Position numbers and translations under genes: made by a program. Below are positions 54,341-64,000 of a stretch of 64,000 bases of DNA, piece by piece. The notes under the pieces were generated by a model. That model saw nothing but the letters and a program-made list of their open reading frames with translations. It did no database searches and was not told the DNA's origin. The DNA is from Octopus vulgaris (Eukaryota), in contig OX597822.1 of the NCBI GenBank assembly GCA_951406725.2, forward strand, positions 113,088,001 through 113,152,000. Direction: 5' to 3'. Position 1 is the first letter of the stretch. The number at the start of each line of letters is the position of its first letter.

Positions 54341-54705
54341 TTAGAAACAAAACCACCATTTTGCAAATCAAACAAAGAAAGACTTAATCCAATACATAAA
54401 AAAATTTAATATAAATTAAATAAAATTAAATTCGCCACTACAATTGTTTCGTGTCTCTTCTAAGGACATTCATCAGGTGGATTTCAGATCTTCTATTCAA
54501 TTTTAAGTTATGAAGTGAATTTAATTTTATTTAATCTATATTAATTTTTTTTTTGTATTGGATTAAGTCTTTCTTTGTTTGATTTGCAAAATAGTGGTTT
54601 TGTCTCTAATTAATATTATATAATATTTTACTATAAAATTGGATTCAATCCTAAATCTGATTTTTCCCTGTAAATTTGGATTTATTCCCTAATATTTATT
54701 ATTAT
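54331..54705. mobile_element. Fold-back PLE-like element, family P8
   Basis: Arms ~54331-54433 and ~54516-54620 are inverted; hammerhead lies in the loop; tail 54621-54705 is shared with 62297-62385. Confidence 0.8.
54435..54480 (-). ncRNA. Minimal type I hammerhead ribozyme
   Basis: CCAC-CUGAUGA-A-UGUC(CUUAGAAGA)GACA-C-GAAA-C(AAUU)G-UA-GUGG. Confidence 0.85.
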
Positions 54706-54720
54706 ATATATATATATATA

Positions 54721-54930
54721 AAGTTAATCCAAACAAGAAAACAAAAAGACAACAACGCAAGGATGTGGAACAAATGAAGTATTATTGGATGCTCAGGAAA
54801 GAAGGGAAGAAGGAGGGTTTGACGTTTCGAGCGGAGTTCTTCGTCGGAAACATAGGAGAAAGAAAGATCCCGAGACGGGAGGACAGAGAAAAAAAATTGC
54901 AGGTGGTATTCACGAGGTCACATACCAAAA
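54721..54930 (-). mobile_element. PLE pLTR fragment, family P1 (hammerhead variant CCGACGA at 54818-54850)
   Basis: Reverse complement of 1225-1424; 'ttt-ccgacga-agaactccgctc-gaaac-gtc-aaa'. Confidence 0.7.
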
Positions 54931-54978
54931 AGACGGAAGTGGTAAAAATGGAGGAAAATGTTTTTAAAAACAAGAGAG

Positions 54979-55029
<51 letters not shown>

Positions 55030-55369
55030 GAGAGAGAGAAAAAAAGAGGGAGAGAGAGAGAAAAAAAAAGAGAGAAAAGAGAGAGAGAAAAAAGAGAGAG
55101 AGAGAGAGGTGTTCGGGCTAAATTTGACGATTTTTATGTCTCCTTTTTTCAGGAAGAGCTTTATGTATTGCTGTACAGTCAACGGCATGGGAGTGCATAA
55201 AGATTAAAACTGTTGCGGACGAAAAATTAACTGACATGAAAGACCGAAAGTCACCTAAAGACTGAAAGAGTTATCTACATCACGATATGTAAACAACAAA
55301 CCTCCCACAATAAATAAAAATTAGAAAAAGTAAAAGTAAAATAATCTGGTTTAGCCTCCACACCGATAG

Positions 55370-55945
55370 CTAAATCATTTTTCAAACTACTACACTTCCA
55401 TCCCGACCATAATTACTTCAAACTAATAAAAAAATGCAACGGAAAATTGTTATATTCCACATCCAACAACTTTGAAAAACTGTAGCCAATTCCAACCACC
55501 AAAACCTCTCAAAAAGCGACAACTTAATTTACACACATATTAACAATTGCAATTGTAGAACACTTTTATCCTGTCCTCTTGAAGGAAACTGTCTCACAAG
55601 CAAAACTGTCTATAGCGTAACAGTAACCACCAACATGACATCAAGTGCCATCTACATATATAAAATCTAAAGCATGCTAGTTCAAGACACAGTACAACCA
55701 TCACACGCACACTTTTCTTAACCCAAATTGGAAAATGATACATAACTATTCAAACGTATATGAACACCTAAATTAAAGATACTTCTACTAGCATCAGATA
55801 AAAAATACTTTCACACGCACAACTACACCAAGTTAACAACAAAGCCTGCTAATTGTGGTAGTAATGAATCCTACCATATACTCACATTCAAGAACCAAAT
55901 TCTGAACAGAAACTGAACTAGTCTCTTCATGCAAACACAAAATGT
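55370..55945 (+). mobile_element. Decayed Penelope-like GIY-YIG endonuclease region
   Basis: 'NNCNCRTLLSCPLEGNCLTSKTVYSVTV', 'FKTQYNHH', 'ILNR..ELVSSCKHK', with frameshifts and stops. Confidence 0.75.
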
Positions 55946-55994
55946 TATGTGTGTATGTGTGTGTGCGCGCCCGCGTGTGCACAGGTATGTATTT

Positions 55995-56200
55995 AGTCGC
56001 CATGATAGATCGTTAGCCACTACACACATTTTTTCTCTCCTTGTTTCTCTCCTTGTTTCTTTCTGTGTTCCTTTCTGTAGAAGAGCGTAGGCTCGAAACG
56101 TAAAAGACTTTTTTCTATTCCTGAGCATTATACTAATACATCTGTTTGTTTTGTACACCGCCTGTCTTCGTCTTTTGTTTTTTTCGTAAACTCTCCCTAT
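55995..56200 (+). mobile_element. PLE pLTR fragment, family P4 (hammerhead variant at 56071-56106)
   Basis: cttt-ctgtaga-a-gagc(gtag)gctc-gaaac-gta-aaag; homologous to 15290-15500. Confidence 0.65.
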
Positions 56201-56201
56201 T

Positions 56202-56248
<47 letters not shown>

Positions 56249-56289
56249 ATGTGTGTGTGTGTGTGTATACACATATATACACAAAGATA

Positions 56290-56930
56290 TATCTTTGTTT
56301 TAATGTTTAGTTAAAATAAAAACAATTTTACATTAATCTGAATGGTTACGACTTATTTTTGTGGACCACAAATTTATTATCCTTCAACAAGAATAGTGTT
56401 GACAGTAACTTCGAAATTTCGGTCAACTAAGCAATCATCCGACTGTGATGCATTAAGTTAATCTTGTCTTTATATAGTCTCTGTTGAGTTAAATTTCTTT
56501 TTCTGGGTTTGTGGGATTTGGTTCAATAATATTTAGATTGCATGGTGTGTTGTAATGGAGGATATTTTTTATTGATTAAATTTAGGGTTACTTTTATTCA
56601 GAATTTATTCATGCGTGTAGAACTTTGTAAACAGATGCATATATTTAGATGTGCCATGGGATAGTTTTTTTATAGGTTCACAAAAAGAAGTAATCATATA
56701 GAAGAAATCTATTGGTTAGCGGATGTGTCATTAGTTTTACTTATTTTTGATTTTATTTTGCATTTAATCCTTTGCTTTGGAATACTTTGCTTTGGCAATG
56801 TAAATATATATTTTCTGGACATTTATAAAGAGAAAGTTAGTCTTACAGCTGTTTCTGTGATATTAGGGATATTCCTTCTTCAGAGACGATGTGAGATGGT
56901 TAAGTAGAGGGAAAAAGTTGAGTTTAATAT
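56290..56930 (-). mobile_element. Possible highly decayed PLE 3' end with a hammerhead relic (56403-56445)
   Basis: Reverse complement CAGU-CGGAUGA-...-GAAA-U(UUCGAA)G-UU-ACUG; weak 'ILNK' remnant upstream. Confidence 0.35.
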
Positions 56931-56987
56931 AAGGAGTTATATAAAGAGAGAAACAGACAGAGAGTCAGACAGATAGACAAACCTATA

Positions 56988-57029
<42 letters not shown>

Positions 57030-57046
57030 CCATATATCTATCTATC

Positions 57047-57111
<65 letters not shown>

Positions 57112-57755
57112 CAAAAGATATAGGGGTTTAATAAATCCAGGTAGATATCCGCAAACAATAACTCTCTGCTCGAATGGGCCTTGGTGCCCAAATCCTGAAC
57201 TGAAAGACTTCGCCAGGTGGTGCTATTAAGTTAGACATGGCCTGGGCCAATACTGGCCAAAAACCTTTCTAAGTTATTCTAAGTTATAAGTGTGTCTGTG
57301 TGTGTGTGTGTGTGCTATCGAGGAGAGAGAAAGGGAAGACAGATGGCAAAATTGTGAGTTATGATATTATGACTCGTATTAATATGCGATGGTATAGCAG
57401 GGGCTTGAAATTTATGTGGCTTTAGTCAATGAATAATTAAAGCCATTGTGACCGAGATTCGAAACCGGACCACCGTTTTATTTGCATTTTATGCTTAACA
57501 GTTCTAATTTCGATTATACTTAAGCAACACCTACCAGAAAAAAAAACGAGGAGTGCCTTTCTTCTTTAAATACTTTTACACATATTCCCACCCGTTTTGT
57601 TCCATATAAATGCTTTGTAAACGCGCACACACAAATATATATACATAAGCACATACACACGTATACAACCTAAAATATACATAGAATTCTAAATTGAATA
57701 CTTACATATCTTGAAGTTCCTCAATGTGTGTGTGAACATGTGCGCGTATGAACAG

Positions 57756-57789
<34 letters not shown>

Positions 57790-57801
57790 ATACATATATA
57801 T

Positions 57802-57854
<53 letters not shown>

Positions 57855-57896
57855 CATATATATATGTATATACATATATATATATATGTATATACA

Positions 57897-57932
<36 letters not shown>

Positions 57933-59183
57933 CATACACATATATATACACATATATATATATGAACATGTATGTATATATATATAAACATACACCCACA
58001 TACGCATATATTGAGAGACACAAGGGAGGAGGACAGAGACAGAGAAAGACTATGCACGTGTGTGTTTATACATGAGTCTACGCTTGCTCGTCTGTATGTG
58101 TGAATGTATGTTTGGGTGTAATCGTATCGCTGCAGTTACGTATGTATTTATGTATACGTGGTTTATATATTTTCATATAGTTCTTTCTATGTGTATATTT
58201 ATTTATGTATAGTTTTTGTATGTGTATATATATATATGTGTGTGTGTGTAAATAAGTGAAAAGGGGGCAGACAGCGTTTATTGCAAGGTTGAAATACATT
58301 TTCATTTTTATTATATCAGTTCGGGTCCCAAGGGCCGTCAATTCGTCTTCGTTTTTAATCTTTAACGAAGCGTCAAAGACCCACTGGCGTCCTATTGGTT
58401 TTGATTTGCCCATAGACACCTATGACTTCAACCTAATAGACAAACCACACAACCCGCTCTGCTGCTTCAGAAGACGTTTAATTCCGTTGATGCATCGGTG
58501 TCTCCCCTAATCTTTGATTGTTTTCCATTGAGGGTGAGGCTTCCGCACGCGGCCGGAAGTTTTTATTTATGATGATTTGTCTGTATATTATCTGGCAAAC
58601 ATTATAACCAACGGTCAATTGACTCTCTAACCATCCCTAATGATTGACGTTAGATTATTCTTTTTCAACTTTTCTGCTGGAATTTCTCATACCAAAAGGG
58701 TTCAGAATAAAGCAGTCGTAGCATGAAGCGCCATAAAAGTTTATTACAAATATTCTGGGATTGAGAGGAAACTAAAATTAAACAGTTTACCTTAATCTGG
58801 GTACACTGAAACCATCCCCACTCGAAAAAGAATGACACGTAATTAATTCGAGAATTATTAAATGATTTAGAGTAGAAATAATACTAAGGATGGTGATCCA
58901 AGTGCTGATACAATTAAATACGAGATTAAATTTCATGTAACATTTAATTTCGGTCTTCTAGATAATGAGTTCAAATCCTAACAAGTTTAATTTCGCCATT
59001 TGTCTTTCCATAGTTGATGCTTTAAATACAGGAAATATATTTACTATTAACACAAACTACTTCATCGTCCAACAAACGTTGATCTGTTTCAACCATTGTA
59101 TGAAGATCTGTGTTCCATTTAAAACGGTATTTGATAGAAAGTGGAGTTCATTAATAATCTCTTATCTAATATTACATATGCAT

Positions 59184-59600
59184 AAGGCGGCGAGCTGGCA
59201 GAAACGTTAGCACGCTGGGCGAAATGCGTAGCCGTATTTCGTCTGCCGCTACGTTCTGAGTTTAAATTCCGCCGAGGTCGACTTTGCCTTTCATCCTTTC
59301 GAGGACGATTAAATAAGTACCAGTTACGCACTGGGGTCGATGTAATCGACTTAATCCGTTTGTCTGTCCTTGTTTATCCTCTCTGTATTTAGCCCCTTGT
59401 GGGTTGTAAAGAAATAGGGATTTCGTCTGCCGTTACGTTCTGAGTTCAAATTCCGCCGAGGTCGACTTTGCCTTTCATCTTTTCGGGGCCGATTAAATAA
59501 GTACCAGTTACGCACTGGGGCCGATATAATCAACTTAATCCGTTTGTCTTTCCTTGTTTGTCCACTCTATGTTTAGCCCCCTGTGGGCAATAAATAAATA
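59184..59600 (+). mobile_element. SINE family C with two tandem units
   Basis: Head at 59184; unit restarts at ~59420 'atttcgtctgccg'. Confidence 0.9.
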
Positions 59601-60002
59601 AATATTATATATGCACAGATCCATTTAGTATAAGGGATATGTGTGTAAGTACATATAAATACATACGCGCGTCTTGTACGTGCGTGTTTATATTCATATA
59701 TACGGAAGTATGTTCGTTTGCCAAGTTTGAAGCAGATAAATATAAAGTTACCTCCCTAGCCGTCTCTGTATTCCATTCTTGCCTCTTTAGACTGATTCAA
59801 TGTTTACAAGGCGAAGAAACGAAATGAAGAATATTTTCTTGATTAATCATGACTGAAGGAGGAAAATATATATTTCCAAACAAAATTCGACAGTTGTATC
59901 CAATGAAAAAGTTTGAGGAACAAAAGAATTTGCTCTAGACCATTGTGATGTTATGTTTTGATGCTACGTTTCTTGCACTACTACATCAACTGATGCACAT
60001 AT

Positions 60003-60386
60003 ATTCTTTTGTATTCTAGGCACAAGGCCGGCAATTTTGGGGGAGGGGGCCAGTCGATTAGATCGACACCAGTACACTACTGTTACTTAATTTATCGACC
60101 CCGAAAGGATGAAAGGCAATGTCGACCTCAGCGGAATTTGAACTCAGAACGTAGCGGCAGACGAAATACCTATTTCTTTACTACCCACAAGGGGCTAAAC
60201 ACAGAGAGGACAAACAAGGACAGACAAACAGAACAAGTCGATTACATCGACCCCAGTGGGTAACTGGAGCTCATTTAATCGACCCCGAAAAGATGAAAAG
60301 CAATTCGACCTCGGCGGAATTTGAACTCAGAACGTAGCGGCAGACGAAATACCGCTAAGCTAACGTTTCTGCCAGCTCGCCGCCTT
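60003..60386 (-). mobile_element. SINE family C with two units and terminal tail
   Basis: Same organisation as 40299-41064 with fewer units. Confidence 0.9.
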
Positions 60387-61035
60387 ACTGATGCACATAT
60401 ATTCTCCACATTTCACAAACAGTACATTATATATAGTCTTACCGGACATTATATGTATATTACGATATTTTCACAAACATATAATTCATTATACGAAATG
60501 TAGGGTTAGAATAAGGCCCCCGCATAACACAAATTTTAAAGAATATATATTAGCGACAAAGACAGGATTAATACTGAGAGTTAATATTTATCCCACTTGA
60601 GCGTGGATGCAAAATGCAAAATACACCAAGAAGCCAATGTGAGAGCTTCTCTCATGGCAACGATCACAGTAAAGTTTCTTCTAATAAAACATCCACGTTT
60701 AAGTGGGGATCAAACCTTAAAATGTTATTTCTAACAAATATCATTGATCTTAGAATACATAGTTGGTTATTTATTTGTATCATTTTTTAATTTTTATTTC
60801 TGCTGAAACTTTAATGTTTTATTTCAGGGATGAGAATAAGGGCCGATGACGGAAGTTGGTACTTTGAGGGTTTTGAGGGTTCAGGAAGTTGGTACTTGAG
60901 AAAGAAAAATTTGAGGTTTGAAGGATTACGAAGAGCAAGGCTGGGATCACAGAAAAATTTGTGAAACTTTATGTCGAGAAACCTGAATCTAAACTCGGAT
61001 ATAGGTCTTGATTTTTACGTCACCATATATGTACG

Positions 61036-61113
<78 letters not shown>

Positions 61114-62200
61114 AGTGTGTGTGTCTGTGTGTGTGTGTGTGCGTGTGTGTGTGTGAATGCATATATGTAAACGGATGGATATGATAAAAACTCTAGTCAA
61201 TTTGTGGGGTCGATGGAACAGCTTTTTACCTTTTCCTCAAAATTGTTGGCTTTCTGCCTAAAGTAGAAACCACATATTTCTGTGCGTGTGTGTGTGTGAG
61301 TGTGCGTGTGTGTGCGTGCGTGTGTCTGCGTACCTGCGTGCCGGCGTGCCTGCGTGTGTGTGTTGTCCTAAAACTAGAAATCTTAGGTAGAAAGAGCAAT
61401 GTTTGTAATTATTCAAATTCAGGGAAAATAGGTACCAGATAGCAAGGTTTCCGGATCAGCTATTAATTTATTTGCGGAGTTACTGCGTTTTTGTTTTCTT
61501 ATCTTTTTTTTTTTTTTTTTTCTTCTCTTCTTCGCTGAGGTTGAATCCGAGCCAACTTTGCATTGTTGAGGTAGAATTGTGGATGTAAGCATGTTGATAC
61601 CTGTTGGGAAGTTGTTAGGGAAATTACTGCCCGATATGTTCGATGTAGATAATTGCTGACTGTGTAGGAAAGGAGTAAGTTACGACAAATTATGTACACT
61701 GTTGTGAGTACGGGGAGTCAGAAGCTAGAAAAATTAGCGAAAAGACAGACAGATACGAGTGAATGTTAAAGCACATTGCTAGATAACCATGGCACGGTTG
61801 TTCTTGAATAGCGACACACATCATTAAATGTACCCGCGTTTACAAAGGAAGATATCGCTTCTTTGTACACAATATTCAGAAGAAACATTGTTAATCTTGA
61901 CGTATCAGTGACAATTATTATGGTTAAAAGTACATATTCTGACTGCACAGGTGTATCATGCATTAAATATGTGTCCATACTTGAGCTTACCAATATGTAA
62001 TTTCATATACGTGTGTAAATATAAACACACATGCATAGTCATGGAGGTATAAACATACGCACACATGTTCATGCATATACAACTGTTTATAAACATGTAC
62101 AATCGCACAGACTCATGGACGTTGTAGTCACAGCCGCACACTCTATTGTCTTGTTCCTTAACAAGTTTCAGCTACTGGATAATGATCATACATACATCTA

Positions 62201-62295
<95 letters not shown>

Positions 62296-62509
62296 TAATA
62301 ATAAATATTAGGGAATAAATCCAAACTTACAGGGAAAAATCAGATTTAGGATTGAATCCAATTTTATAGTAAAATATTATATTATATTAAATTAGAGACA
62401 AAACCACTATTAGGCAAATCAAACAATGAAAAACTTAAGCCAATACATATGATTAATTTATATTATTTAAATATATATCAAAATTATTAAAAAAATATAA
62501 TTAATATCA

Positions 62510-62573
62510 CACTACGATCATTTCATGCCTGCTAACATCTTCAAATTTTTGAGTCGCAGTCATTCATCAGGTG
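62510..62573 (-). ncRNA. Type I hammerhead ribozyme (left arm)
   Basis: CAC-CUGAUGA-AUG...CAU-GAAA-U(GAUC)G-UA-GUG. Confidence 0.7.
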
Positions 62574-62627
62574 GTTTAAATATCTAAAATATAATCAATA
62601 TTTTTAAGATATAAATAATATATATAA

Positions 62628-63144
62628 CTAGCAGTATCGCCCGGCGTTGCTCGGGTTTGTAAGGGAAATAACTATATAAGCATTTTTAGAGAGTTACTTC
62701 CCTTATAGATGCCAATTCGGGCTTTCTTAGCCATTTCTGTTTTGGTGTCTTCAAGCCATGAAGTCGTTGTTCTAAAAGAACGCTGGTCTCCTTGACAACG
62801 CATTACGACGTTGATTTCCTTAAACTCCCTTCCCCACAGCTTCACGAGGGAGGGAAGAAGGGGGAGAAGCAAACACAGGTGCAGGTGTTTAAGCGTGGAC
62901 GCCAACTCCGCCGCCATCGACACACGAAAAATTATGCATTAAAATGGAATAAAAAATGATGTTAAATTATTTTTAAAATCGTAGACTCATCGTAGACGCG
63001 CGCTAATAGCCAGACGGGCTCGATATTAATCACGACTATAAGATACCCGAATTTGGTTAAACTGCACCGCAAAATGTGGGAGGAGTTAGGAATCTAAATC
63101 GTAGGAGACAGACACTCACACAACTACAGTTTTATATATATAGA
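62628..63144 (-). mobile_element. Complete non-autonomous Helitron (517 bp)
   Basis: On the minus strand: 5' TCTATATATATAAAA, 3' hairpin CCCGAGCAACGCCGGG ~9 nt before terminal CTAG; inserted between A and T with no TSD; the opposite arm of the fold-back lacks it. Confidence 0.92.
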
Positions 63145-63846
63145 TATAATAATTTTACTTATAATAAACTCTATTATTAAATATGATTATATCGAAATCG
63201 ACTATAATGTAAATATTGTTGTTTATGTAATGATCTAATTATCGTAATTTTCTATGTTATTAGATATTAAATAAATTAGATAAACTTTGATAAAATTAGA
63301 TATGTTTCGACTAAAGATTGGTCTAGGCCATGTCTAATTTAAAAGCATAATTTATATTAGATAATTATTCCAATTCATAATTATATTTATAGTACTTATA
63401 GTATTTGTTTAATACTATATTACTAAGAATTGAATATTTCTATAAGTATTTTACATAAGATTTTGAAAGTCAGTTTAAGTTAGTTTATTTGTATTTTGAA
63501 ATTAGCTAATTCATCTTTAAATATGAAAAATGAAATTTATTAGGTTTTCATTATATACAATTATTTATAGAGATTATTTTAGATCTTGATTACAATATTT
63601 ATATATATTTTCATTGATAATTTATATATATTAGTCATTTTAAATATTTATGTAATTAGATATAGACTAATATTGATATTAGAATATGGGTTTTCTACCT
63701 TATAAATTAAAGTTAATATTTAACATTATAGTCGATTTCGATATAATCATATTTAATAATAGAGTTTATTATAAGTAAATTATTATTTTATATTATATAT
63801 ATTATTTATATCTTAAAAATATTGATTATATTTTAGATATTTAAAT

Positions 63847-63910
63847 CACCTGATGAATGACTGCGACTCAAAAATTTGAAGATGTTAACAGGCATGAAAC
63901 GATCGTAGTG
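63847..63910 (+). ncRNA. Type I hammerhead ribozyme (right arm)
   Basis: CAC-CUGAUGA-AUG...CAU-GAAA-C(GAUC)G-UA-GUG. Confidence 0.78.
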
Positions 63911-64000
63911 TGATATTAATTATATTTTTTTAATAATTTTGTTATATATTTAAATAATATAAATTAATCATATGTATTGGCTTAAGTTTTTCATTGTTTG

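Larger units (their letters stand above)
62297..64000. mobile_element. Large fold-back PLE-like element, family P8 (runs off the window end)
   Basis: 62420-62627 plus 63145-63217 is the reverse complement of ~63715-64000; each arm carries a hammerhead; begins after (TA)n. Confidence 0.82.

Overview
AT-rich, microsatellite-dense animal DNA. The SINE repertoire suggests a coleoid cephalopod, probably Octopus; this is inferred, not proven. No intact protein-coding gene is visible, and nearly all ORF-track entries are microsatellite or repeat artefacts. The window is a mosaic of transposable elements: decayed RTE and R4/Dong-type LINEs, two copies of a maT/Tc1-like transposon, a mariner with a nested hAT-type element, a complete non-autonomous Helitron, three tRNA-derived SINE families and a 28S rRNA fragment. 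The most notable signal is a dense set of Penelope-like element (PLE) remnants, mostly sitting in (TA)n tracts. Many carry minimal type I hammerhead ribozymes (CUGANGA..GAAA..UH with a tiny, often palindromic helix III). About 8 of these look intact and about 12 look degenerate, and they belong to many unrelated sequence families. The elements occur as fold-backs (inverted termini, one with an extra tail), as a 560-bp tandem-plus-inverted ribozyme array, and possibly as an 843-bp tandem array. This fits a cephalopod retrozyme / non-autonomous PLE system. All calls are by-eye pattern recognition; no searches were run.
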